NCBI GenBank assembly: GCA_030019255.1
Contig: JASEFK010000001.1
Location: forward strand, 184,367-248,366
Direction: 5' to 3'
DNA length: 64,000 bases
Origin: Actinomycetota bacterium
GTDB lineage: Bacteria; Actinomycetota; Geothermincolia; Geothermincolales; RBG-13-55-18
Below the pieces are notes generated by a model. The model made no database searches, was not told where the DNA came from, and saw only the letters and a program-made list of their open reading frames with translations. Shown here piece after piece: positions 37,838-47,364 of this stretch. Position numbers and translations under genes: made by a program. Numbering within the stretch: position 1 is the first letter of the stretch; every line of letters begins with the position of its first letter.

Positions 37838-39886
37838 ATGGCTTCGGAAAACGAGACGGCTATTCGGAATCGAAGGTCGGGAGAGGGAAGGGTGGGAAGC
37901 GAGGTGGTGAGGGCCGGGAGCTCCTTGTGGGAACCGGTGCAGATCGGCGGCCTCAGGCTCCGCAACCGCACGGTGATGCCCGCCATGGGCACCGGCTACG
38001 CCTCGCCACAGGGCGAACCCACCCCCAGGCTCACCGCCTATCTGCGGGCACGCGCCGAAGGAGGGGTGGGCCTCATCATCACCGAGGTGATGGCCGTGCA
38101 CCCCCTGGGAAAGGGCTTCGCCTCCGAGCTGGCGATCTACGACGATTCCTTCCTCCCCGGCCTCTCGGAACTGGCCGGGACGGTGAAGGAGGCGGGAGCG
38201 GCGGTGGCGGCACAGCTCCACCACGCCGGCCGGGAGACCTTCCCACAGGTCATAGGGGGTCAACCTGTGGCCCCCTCGCCCCTGCCTAGCAGGGCCCTGG
38301 GCCAGGTACCGCGGGCCCTGACCCGGGAGGAGATAGGAGACCTGGTGGCCTGTTACGCCGCGGCGGCCAGGAGGGCCAGGGAGGCCGGTTTCGACGCCGT
38401 GGAGGTACACGGGGCCCACGGTTACCTGGTAAACCAGTTCCTCTCCCCCTATTCCAACCGCCGGGAGGACGAGTATGGAGGCGACGCCACCGGGCGCTTC
38501 CGCTTCGCGCGCGAGGTGGTGCGGGCGGTGAAAGAGGAAGCTGGCCGCGATTTCCCGGTCATCTTCCGTTTCTCGGCCAGTGAGGACGTTAAGGGCGGTT
38601 ATCACCTGGATTACCTCCTGCCCCTGCTTCCCCTGCTGGTGGAGGATGGGGTGGACGCCTTCCATGTATCCAGGGGAGTATACGACTCCCCGGGCAACCC
38701 CACCTGTCCCGGCCTCCACCATGCGGAGGGCATCAACGTGGATAACGCGGCCAAGGTGAGGGAAACGGTTGGAGTACCGGTAATCGTGGTGGGCAAGCTC
38801 CACGACCCCCGCCTGGCGGAGGAGGTGGTGGCCTCCGGCCGCGCCGACCTGGTAGCCTTCGGAAGGCAGCACCTGGCCGACCCCCATTTCCTGGCCAAGG
38901 CCATGGAGGGGAGGCACGAGGACATCCGGCCCTGCCTTTCCTGCAACCAGGGGTGCATAGAGCGCCTTATGTTCGAGTTCCGTTCCATCACTTGCACCGT
39001 CAACCCGGAATGCGGCATGGAATGGCGCCGCTTCCGGGTCCCGACGGCGCGAAGGGGCCCCTTCCTGGTGATCGGCGCCGGGCCGGCGGGTCTCCAGGCA
39101 GCCATGACCCTCGGGGAGGGCGGGGCCGAAGTCCGCTTGCTGGAGAGGGATGACCAGGTGGGAGGACAGCTGCGGGCGGCCTCCCGACCCCCGCACAAGG
39201 AACCCTACCGCAGGTGGGTGGACTGGGCGGTCCGGCGCCTGGAGAACCTCGGGGTACGGGTGGAGACGGGAAGGTCCGACTGGAGGGATGTCTTTAAAGA
39301 GGGGGATTGGGAAGGGGTGGTGGCCGCCAGCGGGGCAGATCCCGTCGTCCCTTCCGTCCCGGGAGTGGATCTACCTCACAACCTGGAGGCCAGAGAAGTG
39401 CTGCTGGAGAAGGTGAAGCCCGGGAAACGGGTGCTGGTGGTAGGCGCCGGTCCGGTGGGCATGGAGACCGCCGATTTCCTCATCGATCGCGGTCACGAGG
39501 TCACGGTGGTGGAGGAGGCGGAGGCGCCACCGGTGTCCCCCCTGACCTCACACGGTTATTACCTCCATCGCCGCCTTCGCGAGCACGGCAAGCTTCTGCT
39601 GGGGTCCAGGGTTATGCGGGTGACGAAGTCGGGAGCCATCATCCTACGCGGGAGCGCCGAGGAAGTATTGGAGGCGGACAGCGTAGTGTGGGCGGTAGGG
39701 TCGGCGCCATGCCGGGAACCACTCCTGGTCACGGAGGAGATGGGCCTACGGACGGTGTCGGTCGGGGACGCGGTGGAGCCACGCCGCCTCCTGGAGGCGA
39801 TACATGAGGGAGCATCGGAGGCCAGGAAGCTTCTCTATCCGGAAGAGGAGCCTCCTGGCGGAGAAGGACTCGGGGGCGAGTCGTGA
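37838..39886 (+). CDS. NADH:flavin oxidoreductase (OYE TIM-barrel) fused to FAD/NAD(P)-binding domain (2,4-dienoyl-CoA reductase FadH-like)
   Basis: 682 aa. OYE motifs (HHAGRE, HGAHGYLVNQFLSP). Cys cluster CLSCNQGC. GAGPAGLQAA dinucleotide-binding motif. Confidence 0.85.
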   Translation: MASENETAIRNRRSGEGRVGSEVVRAGSSLWEPVQIGGLRLRNRTVMPAMGTGYASPQGEPTPRLTAYLRARAEGGVGLIITEVMAVHPLGKGFASELAIYDDSFLPGLSELAGTVKEAGAAVAAQLHHAGRETFPQVIGGQPVAPSPLPSRALGQVPRALTREEIGDLVACYAAAARRAREAGFDAVEVHGAHGYLVNQFLSPYSNRREDEYGGDATGRFRFAREVVRAVKEEAGRDFPVIFRFSASEDVKGGYHLDYLLPLLPLLVEDGVDAFHVSRGVYDSPGNPTCPGLHHAEGINVDNAAKVRETVGVPVIVVGKLHDPRLAEEVVASGRADLVAFGRQHLADPHFLAKAMEGRHEDIRPCLSCNQGCIERLMFEFRSITCTVNPECGMEWRRFRVPTARRGPFLVIGAGPAGLQAAMTLGEGGAEVRLLERDDQVGGQLRAASRPPHKEPYRRWVDWAVRRLENLGVRVETGRSDWRDVFKEGDWEGVVAASGADPVVPSVPGVDLPHNLEAREVLLEKVKPGKRVLVVGAGPVGMETADFLIDRGHEVTVVEEAEAPPVSPLTSHGYYLHRRLREHGKLLLGSRVMRVTKSGAIILRGSAEEVLEADSVVWAVGSAPCREPLLVTEEMGLRTVSVGDAVEPRRLLEAIHEGASEARKLLYPEEEPPGGEGLGGES

Positions 39887-40140
39887 GGATCGCCGGGTAC
39901 GAAGAAGGAACTGTGGAAAAGAGTATGTCCCCTCGAACACGGCGGAGAGCCGACTAAGGGGACATGTAAACTGGCATGAGAAAAGAATATTCCGTGCCGT
40001 GAAACCAGGAAGCTGGATCGCTTAACGCCATGGGGAGACGAGACGTCTTTTCCCTGGTGGGCCTAAGGCGGGCCAAATGCGGAGTCCAGTAGGCGACGCA
40101 GGAAAGGAAGTATAGAGATGGTAATTCTTGCTATAAGGAG

Positions 40141-40686
40141 GTGGAAACGGTGAAGGAATACATGAACGGCCGAGTGGTCATCACCAAGGGGGACATCACC
40201 ACCTTCGAGGTGGATGCCATCGTCAACGCCGCCAACAGGTCCCTCCTGGGAGGGGGTGGGGTGGACGGGGCCATCCACCGGGCGGCGGGACCCCAGCTCC
40301 TGGAGGAATGTCGAACCCTGGGGGGATGCGAGACGGGGCAGGCCAAGATAACCGGGGGGTACCGGCTTCCCGCCAAGCACGTCATCCATACCGTGGGCCC
40401 GGTGTGGCATGGAGGTGATCGCGACGAGGACAGGCTTTTGGCCGACTGTTACCGCAACAGCCTGGCCCTGGCCGTGCAGCACGGGTTGGAGACGGTGGCC
40501 TTCCCCTCCATCTCCACCGGGGCCTACGGTTTCCCCATCGAACGTGCCGCGCCCATCGCCCTGCGCACGGTCAAGGAGGTCCTGGAGGCCAATCCCTCCC
40601 TGAAGAAGGTGTACTTCGTCTGTTTCAGCGAGGGGGACCTCAAGGTCTACCTGGAGAAGGCGGCTGAGGTGTTCGGGGAGGGATAA
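40141..40686 (+). CDS. Macro domain protein (O-acetyl-ADP-ribose deacetylase, YmdB-like)
   Basis: 181 aa. [35 protein letters not shown] and [13 protein letters not shown] motifs. Confidence 0.85.
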   Translation: METVKEYMNGRVVITKGDITTFEVDAIVNAANRSLLGGGGVDGAIHRAAGPQLLEECRTLGGCETGQAKITGGYRLPAKHVIHTVGPVWHGGDRDEDRLLADCYRNSLALAVQHGLETVAFPSISTGAYGFPIERAAPIALRTVKEVLEANPSLKKVYFVCFSEGDLKVYLEKAAEVFGEG

Positions 40687-40864
40687 GGTGCCGAAAGCGG
40701 GAAGGGGAGATTTGCTTGGAGATACCCTTCACGTTTACGGGTTAATCGTGTGCACGGTTAATGTCTATGGTCCCTAATCCCGAGGGGGCCATCCGCCAGG
40801 GAGAAAGCGGCGGAGATATTAAAAGGCTGCCGTCGGGATCGGCCGCCGAGGTGAAGGAGGACGC

Positions 40865-41497
40865 TTGGAAATTCTTTTCGTATGCACCGGCAATATCTGT
40901 CGGAGCGTAATGGCCGAAGCCTTTCTGCGCGAGGCGCTGGACTCCGGAGCACCGGCAGGAGAGGTGATGGTGTCCTCGGCGGGACTGGATGCCCGCGACG
41001 GAGAACCGCCCCCCGGGGAGGTATTGCGGATCATGGAAGAATGGGGATTGGACGTCTCAAGCCACCGTGCCCGCCCCCTCCGCGAGGAGGACGTAAGAAG
41101 GGCGGATCTCGTCCTGACCATGGCCATGCACAACAGCCAGCGCCTCCTCACCCGATACCAGGAGGCGGTGGACAAGGTCTTCACCCTCAAGGAGTTCGTC
41201 ATCCAGGGACGGGAGAAGGGACACCGCCTGAAGGCCCGGGATCCCGAGAAGCGCCTCGTGGAGCTGAGGTCGTGGATAAGGCACGTGGAGGGGCTGGAGA
41301 AGGGGCCGGGCGAGGGTGACCTCAACGAGAAGCTGCGCCTTTTCTTCCTCCATTACTTTCACCTCTACGATCACCGCTTCACCATCGACGACCCGCTGGG
41401 CCAGTCCACGGATTTCCTGCGCCGCACGGCGCGGGAGATCAGGGAATGCGTGCGTGAGCTTGTGGGACCGGATCTTTTGCGCTTTTTACCGGGATAG
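40865..41497 (+). CDS. Low-molecular-weight protein tyrosine phosphatase / ArsC-type (LMW-PTP family) with ~50-aa insertion
   Basis: 210 aa. TTG start. Active-site P-loop CTGNICRS. The DP (Asp loop) lies near the C-terminus. Confidence 0.75.
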   Translation: MEILFVCTGNICRSVMAEAFLREALDSGAPAGEVMVSSAGLDARDGEPPPGEVLRIMEEWGLDVSSHRARPLREEDVRRADLVLTMAMHNSQRLLTRYQEAVDKVFTLKEFVIQGREKGHRLKARDPEKRLVELRSWIRHVEGLEKGPGEGDLNEKLRLFFLHYFHLYDHRFTIDDPLGQSTDFLRRTAREIRECVRELVGPDLLRFLPG

Positions 41498-41609
41498 GAC
41501 CAGGCTGGAGGCCGCGACGGAGGGTGGATGAAAAAACGAAATTGAATGGGCTGGAACGAAAAAAGTAACCATATGTTAAATTATGGAAACAGGGTACAAG
41601 GAGGTGACC

Positions 41610-42395
41610 ATGGATGAGGTGCTTTTCCGGCGCGAGGGAGCCGTGGAGGTGGTGACCCTAAACCGGCCGGAGGTACTGAACGCCTTCAACTTCAACATGC
41701 TCCAGGCCCTCACCCGGAGGTTCGAGGAACTGGAACAGGATGACGAGGTGCGGGCAGTGGTGGTCACCGGGGAGGGGCGCGGCTTCTGCACCGGCGCCGA
41801 CTTGACTGGGGGAGGGGCGCGCAGCGATGGGCACACACCCATGGGAATGCGGCTCTCGGCGGGGCTCTATTCCCGCCTTATCCGGACCATGGCGGAGATG
41901 GAAAAGCCGGTGGTGGGAGCCATCAACGGCGACGCGGCGGGGGCGGGCTGTAATTTCGCGTTGGCCTGCGACCTCCTGGTGGCCTCGGAGAAGGCCCGCT
42001 TCATCCAGGTCTTCGTGAGGCGGGGACTGGTGGCCGACGCCGGGGGCACCTTCTTTTTGCCCCGGCTGGTGGGCCTGGCGCGGGCCAAGGAGTTGATGTT
42101 CTTCGGCGAGGCAGTGGACGCCCGGCGAGCCTACGAGATGGGGCTGGTGAACCGGGTGGTACCCCACGAGAGGCTCATGGAGGAGGCCATGGAACTGGCC
42201 AGGAGGCTGGCCGAAGGACCCACCCGGGCCATAGGGATGATAAAGCGCATGCTCAACCGCTCCTTCGAGTCCGATCTCTCCACGTGCTTGGACTTCGAGG
42301 CCACCTTCCAGGGCATCGCCGTGTCCACGGCCGACGTGGTGGAGGGAATAACTTCATTCCTCCAGAAGCGCAAGCCGGAATTCAAGGGGCGTTGA
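41610..42395 (+). CDS. Enoyl-CoA hydratase/isomerase (crotonase family)
   Basis: About 261 aa from ATG 41610 (AAGGAGG RBS). GEGRGFCTGADL and AINGDAAGAGCNFALACD motifs. Confidence 0.85.
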   Translation: MDEVLFRREGAVEVVTLNRPEVLNAFNFNMLQALTRRFEELEQDDEVRAVVVTGEGRGFCTGADLTGGGARSDGHTPMGMRLSAGLYSRLIRTMAEMEKPVVGAINGDAAGAGCNFALACDLLVASEKARFIQVFVRRGLVADAGGTFFLPRLVGLARAKELMFFGEAVDARRAYEMGLVNRVVPHERLMEEAMELARRLAEGPTRAIGMIKRMLNRSFESDLSTCLDFEATFQGIAVSTADVVEGITSFLQKRKPEFKGR

Positions 42396-42584
42396 GACTT
42401 GGCGCATCTCTCAGGCCCTCATGGTGGAGCTGTGGAGGGAAAAGGTTCGCGTAAAAAGAGCAGGTAGTTTTAGGGAAATCTCCATGTAAAGAAGCCCGAG
42501 CCCAAATGCCACCGATGAAGCTATAATGTGAATTTATAATGTAGAGAATGTCGGCTGGCGGTTTCGGCGGGGGAGGGATGCGGC

Positions 42585-43802
42585 ATGAAGGCGCTGGTGT
42601 TCGAGTACAACATCCCGAAGTACCTGCTCACCGGGGCCCTGGCCCGCAGGTGGCCCCAGGTCCTGACCACTGACCTGGCCCCGGCGAAGGTGAGGGAGAT
42701 CGACGAACCCGAGCTCCCGGGACCGGAATGGGTGAAGATCAAGCCCCGGCTGTCCGGGTTCTGCGGGAGCGACCTGAGCATCGTGCTCTGCCGCGAGAGC
42801 CTCACCCTGGCCCCCTTTTCCTCCTTCCCCTTCGTCATCGGACACGAGGTATGCGGGGAGGTCGCCGAGGTGGGCGAGGCGGTGGAGGGCTTCCAGCCGG
42901 GCGACCGGGTGACGGTTATGCCCATCCTTGGGTGTCGCCAGAGGGGCATCGAGCCCCCCTGTCCCATGTGTGCCCAGGGGAGGTACCAGCTGTGTGAGAA
43001 CTTCACGGAGGGTAACCTCCCGGCGGGGATGTTCGAGGGTAACACCGCGGGGATACACGGTTACATAAGCGAGATGGGGCTGGCCCACGTTTCCCAGCTC
43101 CACAGGATACCCGACGGGGTGAGCGACGAGAACGCCGTGCTCACCGAGCCCTTCGCCACCACCCTGCACATGGTACTGGCCAACCGCCTAAAGCCGGGGG
43201 AGACGGTGCTGGTCTTCGGCTGCGGGGTAATGGGGTTGTGCACCATCGCCGCCCTGCGCGCCCTGCATCCGGAGGTGCGGGTGTTGGCCGCGGAGGTGGA
43301 CCCCTTCCACTCCCGGGTGGCCCGGGATATGGGGGCGGAGGAGGTACTGCGGCCGGGAGGGAAGGACTTCTACCGCCGGGTGGCCGAGCTCACCGGGGCC
43401 AAGATGCATACCCCCCTCCTGGTCAAGCCCCTTCTCATCGGGGGGGTGGACCGGGTGTTCGACGCCGTGGGCAACACGGAGACCGTGCACACCTCCCTGC
43501 GCATCCTGAAGGGCGGCGGGTGGTACAACATGCTGGGCATAGGGGAACCCAGGCATATAGACTGGACTCCCGTGTGGCTGAAGGAGCTCACCCTGCGCGG
43601 TATCTACGCTTACCAAGAGGAGGAGTGGGGGGGAGAGCGTATGCATACCTTCGCCCTCGCCCTGCGCCTCTTCAAGGAGAGGAGGGTGGACATCTCCCAC
43701 CTGGTAACTCACCGCTTCAGCCTGGAAGAATACCCGAAGGCCCTCGACGTGGCCCTCCACAAGGGCAAGCACCGGGCGATCAAGGTGGCCTTCGTGCCCT
43801 GA
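42585..43802 (+). CDS. Zn-dependent alcohol/polyol dehydrogenase (MDR family)
   Basis: 405 aa. GHEVCGEV catalytic-zinc motif. Structural zinc Cys cluster (CRQRG...CPMC...C). GCGVMG Rossmann motif. Confidence 0.8.
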   Translation: MKALVFEYNIPKYLLTGALARRWPQVLTTDLAPAKVREIDEPELPGPEWVKIKPRLSGFCGSDLSIVLCRESLTLAPFSSFPFVIGHEVCGEVAEVGEAVEGFQPGDRVTVMPILGCRQRGIEPPCPMCAQGRYQLCENFTEGNLPAGMFEGNTAGIHGYISEMGLAHVSQLHRIPDGVSDENAVLTEPFATTLHMVLANRLKPGETVLVFGCGVMGLCTIAALRALHPEVRVLAAEVDPFHSRVARDMGAEEVLRPGGKDFYRRVAELTGAKMHTPLLVKPLLIGGVDRVFDAVGNTETVHTSLRILKGGGWYNMLGIGEPRHIDWTPVWLKELTLRGIYAYQEEEWGGERMHTFALALRLFKERRVDISHLVTHRFSLEEYPKALDVALHKGKHRAIKVAFVP

Positions 43803-44136
43803 GGGAGAAGGCGGAAACCGCATGGCGGCCGGGACCCGGGAGATGGCCATCCTTGGTAAACTTTTTCGTGAGGACGGCTCCCAGGAGGTAGCGGAACCGC
43901 CCCTGTCCGATATGTAATCGAGGGTCAAAGAAAGCCATGCCGGGTAGGGGAAGGGAGATGCTGTATCGTCTTAGTGGGCGCTTTCAGGGTTGAAAAAGGT
44001 AGAGAGACCACCCTATCATCCTGGCAAAACGAGCAGCAAATTCAGGAAAAGGGGTGATCTCCCCTTCGCTAGATGGGGAGGATGAATTGCTGTATGGTAA
44101 TAGGCGATACGACGGCGACGATCTCCATGGAATAAG

Positions 44137-44877
44137 ATGGAAAGCCAACCCATAGCCTTCTTCGACCTGGACCATACCCTTCTGGACGGGGCCAACGGCA
44201 ACCTGGTGGTGGCCTACATGGTGAGGAAGGGCCTGCTGGGCTGGGAAGCGGTGTGGAAGGCCCTCAAGTTCACCATCCTCTACCGGCTGAACCGCCTGCC
44301 GCGAGAGGAGGTCTATCGCTGGACCTTCCAGGAGTGCGGGAAGTACCCCATAGGGGAGCTCGTCCGCATGCTTGACGAGGCCTACGAGGCCTGCATCATG
44401 CCCCGCCTATTCCGGGAGGGCGAGGAGTGCATCGCGGAGCACAAGGCCCGGGGACACCTCACGGTGATCGCCACTGCGGCCGGGGAGTACATCTGCGAGA
44501 AGGTACGGGTCCAGATGGGGGCGGACGACAAGATAGCCGCCGTGGCCCCGGTCCGCGATGGTTACCTTACCGACGAGCTGGAACGGCCCCTGCCCTACGG
44601 GGAGGGAAAGGAACAGCTGGCCCGGGCTTACGCCGCAGCACGGGGGGTGGACCTTTCGGAGTGCTGGTTCTATTCCGACAGCCTGGCCGACCTCCCTCTC
44701 CTGGAAGCGGTGGGACATCCGGTGGCGGTGAACCCTCAGCGGAGACTGCGGATCATGGCCGAGGAAAGGGGATGGCCGGTCCTCCACTGGCGTACCCGGG
44801 CCGGTTACACGCAGCCCAGCCGCGCCGTACGACTGACCTTCGATCCCTTCGAGGAACCAACCTCCACTGGGAAGTGA
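44137..44877 (+). CDS. HAD-IB family hydrolase (SerB/phosphatase-like)
   Basis: 246 aa. Motif I FFDLDHTLL. HAD-IB cap-region pattern. Downstream SDS...D motif. Confidence 0.75.
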   Translation: MESQPIAFFDLDHTLLDGANGNLVVAYMVRKGLLGWEAVWKALKFTILYRLNRLPREEVYRWTFQECGKYPIGELVRMLDEAYEACIMPRLFREGEECIAEHKARGHLTVIATAAGEYICEKVRVQMGADDKIAAVAPVRDGYLTDELERPLPYGEGKEQLARAYAAARGVDLSECWFYSDSLADLPLLEAVGHPVAVNPQRRLRIMAEERGWPVLHWRTRAGYTQPSRAVRLTFDPFEEPTSTGK

Positions 44878-45060
44878 GAAGGTGAGATTGACGCTCGGCG
44901 AACGAGGGTTATAATTTATCCAGCATTTCATGCCGCCGCGGAAGCATGAGGGCGGCGCAGGGAAATGGCGATGAAGCTCGCCTTTTGCCCCCTTAAAGGG
45001 GCTGATAGCTTCTACCCAAGAGGTAGGAGCTCTTCTTTTTTAGGGAAGGTGAGAAGAGGG

Positions 45061-46842
45061 ATGAGTTCGTACAAGGAGATCCGGGATTCGATCCTCGCCA
45101 TTATCGATGATGTGAAATTTGGCGCGGAATTTGCTGCTTCCCGCACTCTTAGCGAGGGATTGGAAGGGGTAAGGCGGAAGCTGAAGGCGGAGAATTTTCA
45201 CGTGGTGGTCATGGGCCAGTTCAAACGAGGGAAGACCACCTTCATCAACGGCCTTTTGGGAGCGGAAATCCTGCCGAGCTCGGTGGTGCCCCTCACGTCC
45301 ATTAACACCATTCTTCGTTACGGGGAGAACATCAGGGCCACCGTTCATTATCTCGACGGCCGCAGCGAGGATATACCGGTGACCGGATTGCCCGCTTTGG
45401 TGACCGAAAGGGGAAACCCCGAGAACCGTTTAGGGGTGAAATACGTGGAGGTGTTCTACCCTTCGATGTTTTTGAAGGACGGGGTATGTCTGGTGGACAC
45501 TCCGGGAACCGGATCCACCTATCTCCACAACGACGAGACCGCATATTCTTTCCTCCAGCACGCGGACGCGGTCATCTTCATGCTTTCGGCCGACCCTCCC
45601 GTGAGCCGATCGGAGCTGGATTTTCTTCACCGCATAAGGAGCAACGTCCGGAAGGTCTTCTTCGTTCAGAACAAGGTCGATTACCTGGAGCGGGAGGATT
45701 TGGAGGAATCCCTGGCCTTCAACCGGCAGGTCATCTCGGAAGCCGTGGGTCTTGACGGCCTGGAGATCCATCCCCTGTCCGCGAAAATGGCCCTCAAGGC
45801 GGCCGTGACGGGTGACGGCTCGCTTTTGGAACGGAGCGGCCTGCCGGATTTTCTGGCCGCGCTCGAGGATTTTTTGATGAAAGAAAAGGGTAGGCTGCTG
45901 CTGGAATCCAGCGCCAGGATGCTCCAGAGGCTCCTGGACGACGAATACGCGTCCTTGGAGCTGGAAATGGCGCTTATCGGTCATCCCAGAGAGGAACTCC
46001 TGAGGAAGGTGGCCTCCTTCCGCGAGCAAATGGAATTGATACGGAGGGAGCGGGAGGAAGTCCGTTTCCTCATTCGGGGTGATCACGAACGCCTGGTGAA
46101 GGAGATGCTGGACGAGGAGATCGAGCGTTTCAAGAAAGAGGAGACGGCGCCCCTGCTACAGCGCTTCGACGCCTTTTTCGAGGAGAACGCTGGGCTTTCC
46201 GGTTCCTCCCTTAACCAGGCCCTGGCTGATTTCATCCGCGAGGAGATCAGGGAGACCTTCCTCTCCTGGAGGCAAATACAGGAGGAGCGGCTATCCGATG
46301 CCTTCCGTGCCATGGCGAGGATGTACATGGACAGGGCCAACGCCATCGCTAACCGCATTCTGGAAATAGCTGGAGACCTCTTCGGCCTGTTGCTTCCCCG
46401 CCTGGAGACGGAAATAGTTCTGAGTGATGAAGGGGAATTCTGGTTCAAAATGGGAGATTCCCTCACCGACCTGGAGATCATCTTCGGGGCCATCTCCAGG
46501 ATGTTGCCAAGAGGCCTTTCCCGCCGCCTGATAAGGAGGAAACAGAGGGCGGAATTGCTGACCCTTTTCGATCGCCACTGCGGGAGGGTCCGTTATGATT
46601 TTTTCCTGCGCCTCCAGAAAAGCGTCAACGCACTTTCCTGCCGGGTGGATGAGGTTATCCAGGGAACGCTGGAGGCCATCGAGATTGGGATAGAGAAGGC
46701 CTTGCGGGAGATGGAAGAGGGGGCTGGAAGGATCCTTGAAGCGCAGGAAGAGCTGCGGGATAGACAGGGGGTGCTGGCGGCGGCCCGGGAGAGGCTGAAA
46801 AAGGTCATGAAGGACGTTGCGGAAGAGCCCCGCGCCCTTTAG
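45061..46842 (+). CDS. Dynamin-family GTPase (bacterial dynamin-like protein)
   Basis: About 593 aa from ATG 45061. G1 GQFKRGKTT. G3 DTPG. G4 NKVD. Long helical stalk/paddle region. Noticeably lower GC than the surrounding core. Confidence 0.75.
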   Translation: MSSYKEIRDSILAIIDDVKFGAEFAASRTLSEGLEGVRRKLKAENFHVVVMGQFKRGKTTFINGLLGAEILPSSVVPLTSINTILRYGENIRATVHYLDGRSEDIPVTGLPALVTERGNPENRLGVKYVEVFYPSMFLKDGVCLVDTPGTGSTYLHNDETAYSFLQHADAVIFMLSADPPVSRSELDFLHRIRSNVRKVFFVQNKVDYLEREDLEESLAFNRQVISEAVGLDGLEIHPLSAKMALKAAVTGDGSLLERSGLPDFLAALEDFLMKEKGRLLLESSARMLQRLLDDEYASLELEMALIGHPREELLRKVASFREQMELIRREREEVRFLIRGDHERLVKEMLDEEIERFKKEETAPLLQRFDAFFEENAGLSGSSLNQALADFIREEIRETFLSWRQIQEERLSDAFRAMARMYMDRANAIANRILEIAGDLFGLLLPRLETEIVLSDEGEFWFKMGDSLTDLEIIFGAISRMLPRGLSRRLIRRKQRAELLTLFDRHCGRVRYDFFLRLQKSVNALSCRVDEVIQGTLEAIEIGIEKALREMEEGAGRILEAQEELRDRQGVLAAARERLKKVMKDVAEEPRAL

Positions 46843-47181
46843 GATGAAAATTCCCCTTCCGCCTTTCGATTAAGGGAACGGTCAGGCCATCGAGGAAAGC
46901 ACCTGTACGCTAGCAGCCCTGATTACGAACCCGGTTTCTCCAGTCGACTGACGAAAGTCCTCGCGGGCATGTTCACGGCGGGAGTAATCCGAGGCGAATG
47001 AACTTCTTCCTCCAGGGTCGGTATTGGGGCGGGGGGTTGCGAAACCGGGAAAGGGACACCCGCATGGAAGATCACACCAACCGGGTTGTGCAGCGGGGGC
47101 GAAAGTCTTAAACTTCCCTTGGATGACTTGGCGTACTAAAGCGCGCCCTGGGAGGGGTACCGGGGATTCGGGAGGTACGCC

Positions 47182-47352
47182 ATGGACCGAGATTCGGTAG
47201 CCCGCGGGCGCGCTCCGCTTCTGGCCGCCATCCTTGCGGGCGGGCTCTTCCTGGGGTTCGCCCTGGCCTTCCGGCTCGACGAAGAGGCCCGCCGGCGCCT
47301 GCGCAAGACCCTGTTCGAGCTCCGGGAACTGCCCTTCCGGGTGTTCGTTTAG
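47182..47352 (+). CDS. Small single-TM protein (hypothetical)
   Basis: 56 aa. GGGAGG RBS. Hydrophobic helix PLLAAILAGGLFLGFALAF then an Arg-rich tail. Ends 12 nt before the next gene. Confidence 0.35.
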   Translation: MDRDSVARGRAPLLAAILAGGLFLGFALAFRLDEEARRRLRKTLFELRELPFRVFV

Positions 47353-47364
47353 GGGGTGACGGGT

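Noticed and set aside
37757-39196. 479-aa minus-strand ORF
   Set aside because: Antisense to the OYE/FadH-like gene.
43822-43917. 31-codon ORF in the ADH-HAD intergenic region
   Set aside because: Too short, no RBS, no recognisable features. Probably a chance ORF in GC-rich DNA.
46861-46930. Possible SRP (4.5S) RNA domain IV-like sequence GGTCAGGCCATCGAGGAAAGCACC
   Set aside because: Only partial resemblance to the GGUCAGGUCCGGAAGGAAGCAGC consensus. There is no GNRA tetraloop in the right place, and I cannot build the flanking helix. Kept only as part of the unexplained noncoding stretch.
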